Shown: positions 52,539 to 64,000, counted from the whole stretch's first letter. The stretch is DNA of 64,000 nt, filler included, from Sphacelaria rigidula (GCA_964200075.2; 6 parts of 6 records of this genome joined end to end with filler, not necessarily neighbours in it), one strand, 5' to 3'. Notes: generated by a model not told the origin, from the sequence alone. Numbers and translations: made by a program.

Positions 52539-52617
52539 GTGGGGCTTGGTTCCGTCCTTCACGAAGAAGACGGAAAAGCCCAACTTCTTCCGGATGTTCA
52601 ACGCCCGCAGTGAAACT
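52539..52617 (+). CDS. HMCES: Internal exon of a SRAP-domain (HMCES/YedK-like, abasic-site processing) protein
   Basis: catacag|G TGG GGC...ACT|gtaagt encodes WGLVPSFTKKTEKPNFFRMFNARSET, which carries the SRAP motifs WGLVP and NARxET. The other exons, including the MCGR start, were not identified in this contig. Confidence 0.78.
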
Positions 52618-53084
52618 GTAAGTACCCTCAGCTTGTACTGTACCTCAAGTATTTATCTATACTTTAGTTATAGCCATTATCCATCACCCGGAGTGAAGAA
52701 GATACAACCTCGGTTTTTTGTTCTGGACAGGACCCCGCACTGCTGCAGGATATCTCGAGATACTTCTACCGACACGACTTTCGGTGGTTGCCGCACTCCG
52801 CGAGAAAGTCCAAGTCGAGTTTGAATTATCGCCCCAGGCTGGGTTTTAGTTATCACTCCGGGGGATTTGTTACGTATCCTTAAGTAGCCACATCTCCCCC
52901 TCCCCCTCCACACACATATTATCTTTGTTGCTAAGCGTATGCTGCCATGATGGGTCAATAACTCAAATGAGCACCTTCCCCCCCGCACACACCCTCATAT
53001 AATTATTACCAGGCGCGGGCAGCTATTTACATGGCTAAAAGTAGCAACCTTCTCCCCCCGCCCCCCCCCCCCCTCACGCACATC

Positions 53085-53320
53085 AGCCTGGTCCGGCGAG
53101 AATCCGGCGTGCTCCGTCCCGGCTTTGCAGGGGCGGACCCCCGATGGGATTGGCGTCGGTTGGCGATGCCGCTGTAAAACACACCACTCACTGCGTAAGC
53201 TAGGCAACCAGGTTACCGGTTTTGTTTTGCGCGCTTGCGTTTTTTTTCGCGGTAACCATGATGGTAGTCGAGCTAAATTATATTGTGCGGCGTGAGAGAA
53301 CCTCAACTCCGCACGATGGG
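53085..53320 (+). repeat. Dispersed repeat family C (also ~42527-42670, ~44160-44345, ~45160-45205)
   Basis: AGCCTGGTCCGGCGA...GTTGGCGTCGGTTGGC...CACCACTCACT...CCAGGTTAC shared among copies. Confidence 0.75.
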
Positions 53321-54769
53321 GATGATCGTACTACGTAGTGTTTACATGGTGAGACGCCCATNNNNNNNNNNNNNNNNNNNNNNNNNNNNNNNNNNNNNNN
53401 NNNNNTTAATTAATTAANNNNNNNNNNNNNNNNNNNNNNNNNNNNNNNNNNNNNNNNNNNNCGAGTGCCACGAGTGACACTCGTGCTCGTCCGACGTATG
53501 AAGTCTTCCAATTCAGCTCGACTTGGACGTATCGCTGTGAACTGCCGACCAACCTGCTAATGCACGGCACCCCCACTGGCCGATTGCCGAGATCTTGGCG
53601 ATGATGTTATTGTACTACATTGAGTATCAGGAACGTGTCGTGTCGTCGCCTGATAGCGTGTCTGATGACGTTTCGTTTTACGAAATGTTGGGAAATACGG
53701 TAGGGAATTTCGCCGCACAGGCACGCGTACAGTAGACGGGTACAGTACTCGTACGAGTACAGTACTGTAGTGCTGCAAGATGGTATCGAGGTCGTCAACA
53801 GCTCCATCATGGGAGAGAACCTCCCAGCCGACGGTCATTTACCACCGTAAAGGGGAGAAGCACTACCTCAAACTGTACTATACACGCCCAAGATGCAAGA
53901 CCGTCACCGAAATGTCGAAACACTCAACTTGTGAGGCATGATGCACGAAAAAATGCCAGATTATGCGCAAAAAGAAAATGGCCGTGTCGGGATTCGAATT
54001 CGTGATCTCTGTAATAAGAGGCGGTTCTACCAGTCTGACCACCGGGTGCCAGACGAAAAAGTGGATACTATGGATAATTCGAAGAGTCAGGCGCTGAAAT
54101 TTTGACACAACATGTTTATCGTCACTGCGCACAACATTTCTCGAGGTCCATCCGCTTTTTTTTTTTTTGTCACGGCGTTATAGCATTTTTCTAGTTTTTA
54201 CAAAAACTTCAAATCACTCGAACTTCCTGTTTTTTTCTTTTGCGAATGCACCTCGAGAAATGTTGTGCGTAGTGATGATACAAATGTTGTGTCAAACGTT
54301 CAGTGCCTAACTCTTCAAATTACTCACAACATCGCCAATATACATGTAAAAAGCACCCTCAGCTGGCCCAGCCTGTATCTATCGGGCTTCGAAGCCGTAA
54401 CCTCCCGCCGTAACCCGCCGTTGGTGTACGGTCAATTGCCATACTACCCGAGCGCGGTGGCTGCAAGGTACTGGTAAAAGAGCAATTACTCGACCATGGA
54501 AGGTGAAGCGCCCTCTTGAGAGTTGTGAGAAGGTGGCGTTGATCGCTTTTTACTGTGGTAGGGCGGCTAGCTATGCTGAAAAGACTGTCAAGCATACGTT
54601 TGTTCTTTGTCGTGCATACGTTTGTTCTCTTCGGCTTCCTCGAGCAAGTATTCTCGTCTATCCAATTTGTCTGTCTTGATATCTTGGTAGCCATAAATAG
54701 ACTCGTCACGGACGACTTGATGACCGCCCGTCAACCGTACGTTCAATGGACCAACCGATTTCGCCCGCA

Positions 54770-55085
54770 CCCCGGTGGTGTGAATTAGAATGGCTCGACT
54801 GTCACCACGAGGGTGAAGAAAACATGGGTTCGACTCCCGATGTGTACTTTTTTTTCTCTGAAACATCTCATTGCTACTGTGGAGAGCGTTAGTACGTAAG
54901 TAAACAAGAAGTTAACTTAGTATGTTTGAAGAGATATGACGTGGTGTGGGAGTGCTGATCCAATCCGCGAAACTAGAATGCAAGGCGTGTACGTCTAGCG
55001 GGGAGAGATGGGTTGATCCCGTGGCGCCACCGATTCGTCTGGAGGAAGGGGGTTCAAAGAGCGACAAATGAAATAGAATAACATG
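54770..55085 (+). mobile_element. tRNA(Asp)-like-headed SINE-like family S2
   Basis: CCCGGTGGT...AATGGCTCGACTGTCAC...GGGTTCGACTCCCGATG head; body (GCTGA.CCAATCCGCGA...GAGGAAGGGG...GTTCAAAG) shared with 25138-25430. Confidence 0.65.
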
Positions 55086-55211
55086 AAATGCAGTAGTGCA
55101 ATACTGTATGACCGATTAACCTCTCTGTACTGCATTCGCTAGGTTCCCGTGTCAATTCAATTGTGCCACTCCCTGTACGCCTTCTGCTGGTATTGACAAT
55201 ATTTCCAATAG

Positions 55212-55438
55212 GTGCTGAAGGTAATGGCCAAGAAGCTGGTGCGAAAGGCCCTCGAGATGTTGAGGAAACTGGCCACCACGGAAGTCGAAGACGAGGATGA
55301 GAGCGAGGAAGATCACCCCTACATCAAGTTCTGGGAGGAGTTCAGCCGCAGCATCAAGTTGGGAGTGGTGGAGGACAGCGCCAACAGGAGCAAGCTCGTA
55401 AAGCTGCTCAGGTTCAAGACCAACAAGTCTGATGGAAA
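55212..55438 (+). CDS. HSP90B1: HSP90/GRP94 exon
   Basis: ccaatag|GTG...GGAAA|gtgagt; encodes [16 protein letters not shown]...[11 protein letters not shown]. Confidence 0.93.
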
Positions 55439-58400
55439 GTGAGTGTATTGGAGTATGTGTCTGGTTGCAGTATCCTTGTGTACGTGCTCAAGTAAATGCC
55501 TTTCAGGTTGAACACCGTAGTTTAATATGACATGTATATATAAGAACAGGTACGTGAATGCTCACCCGGTGTACTCTTGACCGCCCCCACCTCCCGCTGG
55601 TCACATTGAGACCACGCCAAGAGTTGTTTTTTCAAGAACGGAGAGGTGTTTTTTTATTTTCAACGGAGATTTCGGTTGTGGAGTGAATTTCTCGAAAGTT
55701 TGACTTCCAAGGCCAATGCCTCGTTTCTGTGAAGCCCCTTGACCCAGTCTTTACCCCGTCCTCTGCGGGATGTGCCAAAATCTGGCTATGTCATCTGATT
55801 TTTTATCCAAGTAGCACAAGAGCTCAGACGGAAGCTGATTCTGTTTCATGTGCTCGTTTCTTTGTCGTTGTTAGATGCGGTGTGGTTGCCGTGTGTTGTT
55901 TGGTCATCCGTCCGTCGTTGTGTCGCATGCTTTTGTCCAATTTTATCCACCGAGTCTTTCCGTATTGTTCTATCTTTATTTCTCGGGTGCGTCCATCATG
56001 TAACCACGGCTGGATCATGACTCGGAGGGGATCAGTTCATGTGCGACACTAAATCAACCGATCATATGCGATCTGATCGTGTCATGCTCTCACCCTCCAC
56101 AATGCATGAAATGTATATATGTAGGTGGGTTTCCCTGGAAGAATACGTGGGACGCATGCCGGAGTGGCAGAAGTCTATTTTCTACATCTCTGGTGAATCG
56201 CAGGAGGTGAGCGGCGGCATCTAGTGTGACACCGTGCACACCCTCCGTGTCTTCGAGCACTTTATATCTGTCTCACTCTGTCTACTTCGTGGAGGCGTCA
56301 ACCGCGATCATCGCTACCCGTTGTTCTCGTTTTTATGGACGTGCCCAATTCGTGTTGTACCTGCGCTTGTCTACATTTTACTGTCCAAGGTGTGGGTCGC
56401 TCCTCGATTCAACGGAAATGCCCCATGTACCCGCTGTTATTGCGTTGCCCGATTCACCGTTGACTCTTTGGTTTTCGTACCTTGTTTGTGCAGGCGGTGG
56501 AGAAGTCGCCATTCTTGGAAAAGCTGGAAAAGAAGGGGCTGGAGGTGCTGTACCTTGTTGAGACCGTGGACGAAATGGCCATCAACCATGTCACGGAGTT
56601 CGAAGACAAGAAGTGAGTGCATTTGGTGTAATGACTTTTGCATTTTCAGGACAAACATTTGAAGGTCTCCGCTGTAGCCGAGCGGGCCAGTGTACGGGAT
56701 TCTTGACCGTGTCGTGGGGCTGTAAAAGTCAAGAATCAAGTAGTATTCCCTATGGTACTGCGTTATCGGAGGCAAGAAAGTGACCACGTCATGAGGCATT
56801 GTTGAGTCTGGGAGAGTTTGAGGTCTATTTACTGTAATTGAGCATTATGGAGTGGGCCAATGCCGCAACTGGGTTTTTTCGAAGGGAGGGGCACGGTTGT
56901 GTTCCTGGCAGGCGGCACGTTTTGGATGACCACGTAATGGGATGCGTTTCTTGCCGCTATGACGGATCTCTCGGGGAAAAAATCCGTGTTGTTGTAGTGT
57001 TTCTAGATTGTTGCGTTGAGCGCTATGACATTGCTTTACATTATTTCATGTTCTCCATGCCACCTACCGTACAGTGTCGAATATTGTGTATGGTAGTCCG
57101 GAGCGATAGGCGTTGAGAGTTCCAAAAAAGATCACCTGAATTATGACATCATGATATTCGGGAGGGGTGACGTACGATGTACCCTGATACAGCATGTGTG
57201 TACCTGTCCTGTTTTGTTTTCAATTTCTGTTGTACTTGAACCCCCACCCCCCTTTTTCGGGACGTGTCCGTAGCCTGATCTCTCAAGAAAGCATCCAATG
57301 TCTCTACCGGTATCTAATTGCCTGACATTTCGGTAATGAGGGTTGGATATGCAAACGTCCCTCACTGAGTCGACTGTCGTCAAATCTTCATCGCTGCTCG
57401 CGTCCCCGGGCTGTCAACGATGAAATCGGGATAGTCTTGAAACAAGACCGTATATGTGCATCTGTCGGATTCTACCTCACAACCTTCTGCTCTAGCTAGC
57501 TTGTGCCGTACCACTTTACCGGGACTCGGCAGTTCTATGGTCCCAGGAATGGTCGGAAATGAGGTGACAGAAGGCATTTTTTTTAATGGGGGTGGTATAC
57601 AAGGTGTCAGTGGTTACATTATGAGTTGGCATGGCCAGAAGTATCCGAGAAATGGTCGGGAATGAGGTGTCAGAAGGCGTTTTTCAATGGGGTTGGTATA
57701 CAAGGCGTTGGTGGTTACATCATAAGTTGGCATGGCCGGAAGTATCCGACAACTCATCCCCTGTGGTTTGTACTCCCGAAGGTGGTGTGCAGCCTTCTTG
57801 TGATATCTACTTTGTCCCACGGCACGCAGGAAACCCCAACTTGGAGAAATATTTTCCTATTTTTTTCCAGCTGGCCGCTAGGATACGTGATCGGACGCTC
57901 GCTGTGTTGACAGACGAAACGCATATGGCTGTGCCTGTACTTTCTTGTCGTTTGGTCAGGTTGATGTGCGTGACTAAGGAGGGGCTCACGTTCGGAGACG
58001 AGGACGCCGGGGAGGTGAAGCGGAGGGAGAAGCACTACAAGGAGGCCTACAAACCTCTCACCGACTTCCTCAAGGATGCGTTGAAGGGGAAGATCAACAA
58101 GGTACTGACGACAGCGCACAGACAAGTTACATTACTGAGTTTCCGTGAAAAAATCACGATGCGTACGTACAAATAATCATCGCGGTATCGCACGGTGCGC
58201 CAAGCTATGCGGTGGGGCACATGGGCATCGCGTTGCCCACGGAGGAAATGCGCCATTTACTGATTGGTTGACGTTCATGAGCACCGAAGCTGACCTACGA
58301 AGGCGCTTGCTGGGTCCGCCCAATACAACGCCTGGGGAGACATCGAGATGCTGTGCACAAAAATATGCCGTATATGTGCGTACAACAGGCGCCGTGCATG

Positions 58401-60563
58401 CAGCATGTGCCATGTGTACGAGTAACACCAGTGAGACTGTAGACGTTGTGTGGTGTGTACTATAGTGGGTGACTTGCGTATTCGCAGGGGTTATATGCTT
58501 TTTGCGTTTCGCGTGCAGCACATTTACTGATGAAGATGATGTGACGACGCGTGCCTGTACTGTACTGGGACGTGGTGAATTGCATCGTGTGGCGTTTTGA
58601 CCTGTTGCTACAGGTGGCGGTCAGCCAACGCGTGGAGGGTAGCCCGTCGGTCATCGTCACCGCGCAGCACGGGTACAGGTGAGGCCACGTGCTTTTTTTC
58701 TGCCATGGCCGAGTGGAATCAGAGCTTGCCAATGGGGAGCGAACGTATCTTGAACGCGTAGTCGATCTATGGATGAACTGCGCGTGGGATGGCTTGGCAT
58801 ACGGCCAGCTTCAGTGGACAATTTCACGTGAAAGCCGAGTCTCACTCGACTTGCTGTTCATTCGAAACTGCCATCGCTGTCCCTATTCATTGTTTCCACC
58901 TCCTCCCTTCTCCGGTTGTTGTGGCTGCTGGTCCTCTTCGTCAGTGCCAACATGGAGCGCATCATCAAGTCGCAGACCATGTCTGACAGTCGGTCTATGG
59001 CCATGATGAGCATGAAGACCATGGAGGTCAACCCCCGTCACCCCATCGTGCACGAGCTCAACAAGAGGGTACGTACGGTTTACACTTTGCTGTCTCGCGT
59101 ATGGCTCGACTCAACCACCAGTCTTGTAGTGGCAAATGCTTTTCAAATGGTGTCGTGCTGAAGTAGTCACGCATGTTCACATCCGCGAATTTTGACTTCT
59201 GAGACAGGTATTCTCAGAAGGGGGATTCCACGGCTCTGCAAAAGGCATCCGCATGTCTTCGTAACGTGTGCTCGCTGCTTGTCTTCGCTTTCACGTTCGT
59301 GACAGGTGGAGGAGGACCCTGATTCGAGCGAGACCTCGGACCTGGCGTGGCTTTTGTATGATACCGCCATGGCTGCCTCGGGATTCTCGGTACGTGCCAT
59401 GTCGTACATAATCATTTTCTGCTGATATATATATATAAAATAGCACTGTCTTTTCGGCCCCTGTTTTGCAGTCACGACCGCTCCATCTTCGATGCCTGGG
59501 TATAATTTCCAAGTGCTTCGATGGTCAACCCGTCGGCGAGATCTGCTCTCGAATTCTTGTCCTCAATTCACGCTTCGAAAGGAGGAGTATAGTATGTCAG
59601 TATCCTTACTGAATCGAGTGGCACTGGCGCCACCGTTGGTACATGGTGATGCATTCTCCACTCAACACGGTTTCAGTTGTGCCGCCCCGGCCCCGGTACC
59701 GGTAGTTTTTTTACCGCTAGTTTCGGGATCCACCTCCGTTGTGGTACCCATATGATCGTGTCTCTCACGCTTCACGTCTTGCCTTACTGTTTGATATTGA
59801 CATCTTTTGTCTCATGTTCCCCCCGTTGGACGCGTGTGCAGGTAGAGGATGTCGAGGGCTTCTCTGCAAGGGTGCACCGGGCAATGGCGAAGACGATGAA
59901 TCTTGGCACCATGGACCTCTTGCCCGAAGCGGATATCCCAGAAGAGGTGAACAATACGTGTACCAGACTGCAGGAAAGTAGGGGATGAGTCAACGTTCCA
60001 AGTACCATGAACTTGTTGAATTTCATATTTTTTTGCAGCATCGAGTAATCCAGAGATCCCGAACTGCCGGAAACAACCAGTATTTTAGGGTCCCGAGTGT
60101 CGAAAGCTCTAAGCTGTACAGGATACTTGAGGTATCGACTCCCCCGAAACACCCGGCATCTTCAAAATCTCTATTTGTTGAAGGTAGGTTCAGGCCCCGA
60201 CGGTGGCTCCTTACGATGAAACTGTCGCGAAAGTAAAGATACGCTTCCGCGTCAGTATGCTGTCGTCGTTATCGTGACGGGGAGCTACCTTTCAAGTTGG
60301 AACAAGCGTTTCTGTTGCAGCGTAATGGACTTGTTACCTGAAGACTGATGTCCCAAAGAAGGCAAACACAGGTCCTGAGAACACATTTCACCTTTCGTTA
60401 CTCTATGTTCCCTTATGTTGCACAGATTATGAAACACCCGTGCGTATAATAATAGTGCCGATAATAGCGTGCGGATAGTACTAGTACTATACTAGTACTA
60501 GTACTAGTACTACTACTACTTATCATAATGATGATCATAATGATGATCATAATTATAATCATA

Positions 60564-60598
<35 letters not shown>

Positions 60599-61032
60599 AA
60601 TGATAATAATGATGATGATGATGATGATAATAATAATGTTTCACAGATTAGGAAACACCCGTGCGTATTGTCGACACAGTAATGGATAAAAGCCGTGTAG
60701 TAGACAGCAGCCGGTTGGATTGTGACCAGTCTTCCCTGCGGTCAAGGTGTAGAGCACGTGCTACATCAATGTCAAGAGAATTATGCACGATCAACCGCAT
60801 CTCGATGCAGTACCGGACGTAGGTACACAGTTGAATGTGAGGTTTCCCTCTCCCCAAGAGCCAGCCGCACGAAGACGTCTGAATAACGCCGAAACGCGTG
60901 AAACATACACCTTTTCTTCTTTCTAATTCCTCGCCATCGGAATATTTCGGAACCACTCGCTGCTATATTCAGGAGGAAGTCGAGGAAGGAGAGGACGAGG
61001 AGCCCATGGTTGACTTGGATAACGAGCTATAG
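55212..61032 (+). CDS. HSP90B1: ER-type HSP90 (GRP94/endoplasmin), 3' part; spliced and 5'-incomplete. Exons 55212-55438, 56125-56206, 56494-56612, 57960-58101, 58614-58678, 58945-59068, 59306-59389, 59842-59946, 60973-61032
   Basis: The spliced frame gives HSP90 middle and C-terminal domain motifs: [95 protein letters not shown]. It ends in an acidic tail and DNEL* instead of the cytosolic MEEVD. All introns are GT-AG with matching phases. Confidence 0.93.
56125..56206 (+). CDS. HSP90B1: HSP90/GRP94 exon
   Basis: atgtag|G...GAG|gtgagc; encodes [27 protein letters not shown]. Confidence 0.92.
56494..56612 (+). CDS. HSP90B1: HSP90/GRP94 exon
   Basis: gtgcag|GCG...AA|gtgagt; encodes [39 protein letters not shown]. 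Confidence 0.92.
57547..57749 (+). repeat. Tandem duplication of ~103 bp in an HSP90 intron
   Basis: AATGGTCGG.AATGAGGTG.CAGAAGGC...GTTGGCATGGCC.GAAGTATCCGA occurs twice. Confidence 0.85.
57960..58101 (+). CDS. HSP90B1: HSP90/GRP94 exon
   Basis: ggtcag|G...AAG|gtactg; encodes [14 protein letters not shown]...[18 protein letters not shown]. Confidence 0.92.
58614..58678 (+). CDS. HSP90B1: HSP90/GRP94 exon
   Basis: ctacag|GTG...TACAG|gtgagg; encodes [21 protein letters not shown]. Confidence 0.9.
58945..59068 (+). CDS. HSP90B1: HSP90/GRP94 exon
   Basis: cgtcag|T...AGG|gtacgt; encodes [11 protein letters not shown]...[16 protein letters not shown]. Confidence 0.92.
59306..59389 (+). CDS. HSP90B1: HSP90/GRP94 exon
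   Basis: tgacag|GTG...TCG|gtacgt; encodes [28 protein letters not shown]. Confidence 0.91.
59842..59946 (+). CDS. HSP90B1: HSP90/GRP94 exon
   Basis: gtgcag|GTA...GAG|gtgaac; encodes [21 protein letters not shown]. Confidence 0.88.
60448..60637 (+). repeat. Compound microsatellite (TAGTAC)n/(ATG)n/(ATA)n in the last HSP90 intron
   Basis: Seen directly; flanked by a 33-bp direct repeat. Confidence 0.9.
60973..61032 (+). CDS. HSP90B1: HSP90/GRP94 terminal exon
   Basis: attcag|GAG...TAG; encodes [19 protein letters not shown]. Confidence 0.85.
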   Translation, partial: EEVEEGEDEEPMVDLDNEL

Positions 61033-62149
61033 GTGTTCAGCAAATGCACGTCACGGACCGGCATTGCGTTCGTTATTTATTGCATCGATGGCAGTTGCCG
61101 AGCCTATTTGCCGGTGCGGCCTGTGTACTCCGGCCGTTAATATCAGCCATCTTGTTTCGTGACGTTTTAACAATGCAACAATGCAACCCCCCCAAATATT
61201 TGAAGTCAGCCCAGGGAGGCATTTACCGCTGCTTTCTCGGTACCTACACAAGCAAGGGCTGCAATTGTTGTGGTGCAATCTGAGCTACTAGTGTGAAAAT
61301 ATATGGGTTTGGTTTTCCGTCTTTTGGGGGCCTGGTGTGGGAGCAATAAAGGCGGCACGATCGTTTGAATCTTCTCTCACGTGTATTGCGTCGTAGCTTT
61401 TGTCAATTTCGTGTTGTGCTGCGTTGAAAGGGGTGGTGTTTTGTGTGTCAGCGTATTGCTTGCGTGGGTTGTGCAGGAAGGTACATTTACGATTGGTTGG
61501 GCTGTTTCGGTCCCTCTGGATGACGGCTTGGTTCGAGTGGACGGTCAGGTGTACGATCCAATGACTACACCGGCCGGTGGTATGACTGTTGAGTTAGTCG
61601 ATACGATTCTCCGACATGTTCGCTTGGGTAGCTCGTTATTTTCTTTGTAGTCTTGCAACAGTACTGTCAAGGGGGGGGGGAGAGAAGCGATCTCAGCAGC
61701 CGCATTTGAACGGTGACGGCATGTAACGAAGTGTATGCAGCTAACGTGTTACTGGTTGCCGTAACTCCCCACGATTATGCACCGAATTCGGTTGCTGGTT
61801 GTTTACGCTCGACAGTCGCTGTATTGAGGATCATCGCGGGTCTATGAATGACTTCTCAGTTACGTGTTCTTTCAGGACGGTGTGGATGGCCACCACCGCA
61901 GTCCCTGGTATACAGTCGTGCAGTCATCGGCGTGTATTGCTCTTCATCGCGCATCATGTTGGCGTGAAGGAACGCTTCAATTTTTTGGAAATGATCTGTT
62001 GGCGCTTTAAGAATTCTCACAACCTGTGGTCTCGGTGACGATAAGGGCAAAATATACGTACTCTCAGAGGCGGTCGTACCACCAGCGTTGCCCATCTCCC
62101 GCACTCTACCCGAGCCAAGCATGAGGGAACGCCACAAACTTGGTTTCTG

Positions 62150-62420
62150 TTTCTCACATGAGCCGGGGCACTTCATATCCAGCCGTAGTTACAAGATGTA
62201 CGTATCCACGGGATATACACGTGAACACTCATTCGCAAGGGACGTTAACGGGAAGAGCGAAATAGACGGGTAATATGATTTTTGCGCCGTTCGGAACATG
62301 AATCGATGGCGGCCTTGGGAAATTGCTGTCAGCCAGGGCGAGTACAGCGGAACTGCGCCGTGGCTCAAATTTTTCAAACATTGTTTTCCTGATCTCGGAT
62401 TACCGCGTGAACAAGCCTCT
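62150..62420 (-). pseudogene. hAT C-terminal dimerisation domain relic
   Basis: Minus strand reads NFPRPPSIHVPNGAKIILPVYFALPVNVPCE*VFT, resembling the hATC pattern FP.L...A...L.iPasSa.cERvFS. Confidence 0.4.
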
Positions 62421-62829
62421 GGAGTACTGTATCAAGGGATCCGGGATTTGAACCTGGGACCTGCCACCATTTTCAACTTGGTTGCTGTCTCGGGCTATCC
62501 CAGATTCGGCATTAGATTTCTGTGGCAGGAAACACTCTCGTTTTTTTCGGAATGCTTTTCGAAAAACAAGGAGAAATAAAAAAAAACTGCTCAAAACATG
62601 AACCCATTATATGGAGAACAGGTTACTACACCGAACACAAGACAATTCTGCAGAGTACTACACTGAACACAAGACAACACGCCAGTTCTGTAGTGTCTTC
62701 TTAGTTTTAGAACCTGAAGACGGATACTGTATACAGTATGCATCAGCTTCTCTTGTTGCAAAATTAATCTTGCCGCGACCGCAAGCGCTGGCGCCGATGC
62801 CAACGGCAGCAGCCGTCACGCTGACGGGT

Positions 62830-63320
62830 GCAAGCAGTGCCCTGGCGATGCAGTATATGTGCACAGTGCGGTGCGACGCTCCTTTCATTGGAGCATGGGG
62901 TCTGGCCCGGCCGGTCGAGAGGTGTACACTGGTACTGGTTGTGTGCCTTTACCCAGCCGTGTTCGGTATTGCGCAAGTGATGGGTTCGGGTAACATGTAT
63001 TTTTCAACAGTCAAGTGTGTAGACAGCACTGCGTCCTGACTGATACTATATGTTAAAGAGAGACGAACACAACAATACAGCACATCAAGCAATCTCAGCG
63101 GAGACCAAAACGTCTTCGCAAGGTTTAACCACGCCCCAGAACAGTGATAGCTACAGCACATGAAAGCGGAAGTGAGTGTGTTTATGGTGCAGTACAGTGA
63201 GACAAGACATGTCCCATGTTTCACTTCTTCGGCTGATTTCAAACGGGCCCTCAGTGTTTGCAGGGTGCCGATCTTGAACGCTCGGACATAATCGCCCTTC
63301 GCGCAAAAAATTTAATTAAC
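62830..63320 (+). repeat. Dispersed repeat family E (inverted copy at ~9085-9560)
   Basis: TTTACCCAGCC.TGTTC..TATTGCGCAAGTGATGGGT and CCTCAGTGTTTGC...GATCTTGAACGCTCG match the reverse complement of 9085-9560. Confidence 0.75.
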
Positions 63321-64000
63321 TACAAAATTATCCTCATACTGATACTAATTGAAGATTACTTATGTTGGGGTTCACGTACTACTGTACTGTAGTTTTTCAG
63401 AAGTGAAAGGTGTGTTTTTGAGGCACATGTGGAGACCAGTGCGATTGGATTTTTCGGGGAAATGTTGGTGTAAAGCCGAGGAGTTATGAGCGCATGGAGG
63501 GTCCATGCTCAAGACGTAACATGCGGTTATATTATAAGTGGAATTCGGCAAGTTTCATCGTGGTCGTGGAAGCGTTTGATCTATGATTTCTGGAGATTTA
63601 TCGAGATTTAGAGGATAAATACTAGGTGTCGTCGTACAGAGCCTATAGCATCGACGAGTCATTGCAACTGGGCGTGGAAAGAACGACCTAGCATTATAGC
63701 ACGCATGAGGCGAGGATCAATTGGCGTCGGCGAGGAGAGATTACAGTAGGGAAGAGCGGGCGAGAAGCTAGGACGGCGATACGGTATGTGCTCATGATGT
63801 CTACCTTACTACCTTTGGCCCCCCCCTTGGAGAAATCAGTGCATTAAACAGTGAATCCTAGAAAATGAGGTTGATACAAAATACGGGGTTGAGGTGGCAT
63901 TTCTCTTTTGCAGGGAAGACGCGAAACACTAGCGACCAAGCGAAGTCATCTTCTCCCCCAAATGTCCGCAGCAGTTGAGCAGCTGTGGCTAGGTGCACCT

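Noticed and set aside
53979..54050. Functional tRNA gene (also considered for 25138, 48735-48810 and 54770)
   Set aside because: The acceptor and T stems do not pair properly and the sequences sit within dispersed repeats.
13284..61032. Functional cluster of desaturase, HMCES and HSP90
   Set aside because: The three genes are on different, unlinked contigs.

Overview
This is eukaryotic, intron-rich and repeat-rich DNA, most likely from a brown alga or another stramenopile (inferred from gene structure and protein sequences). The window is not one locus. It is six unlinked ~10.6-kb draft contigs (10593, 10593, 10592, 10592, 10591 bp and a truncated sixth) joined by identical 100-bp spacers (N44-TTAATTAATTAA-N44), so adjacency across spacers has no biological meaning. 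Supported genes: a spliced omega-3 fatty acid desaturase (FAD3/FAD7/DesB-like; 8 coding exons at 13284-20270, start exon not found), the 3' part of an ER HSP90 (GRP94/endoplasmin; 9 exons at 55212-61032, ending in DNEL), and one exon of a SRAP/HMCES-family gene (52539-52617). The rest is mostly mobile-element debris: two Ty1/copia relics, a probable gypsy integrase relic, hAT-like and possibly Sola/DUF7869-like transposase relics, several MITE families (Tc1/mariner-type with TA, Stowaway-like, piggyBac-like with TTAA), a long-TIR foldback element, two tRNA-derived SINE-like families and microsatellites. The most unusual structure is a nested ~4.4-kb inverted-repeat arrangement at 4040-8460. 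I found no convincing novel multi-gene system.
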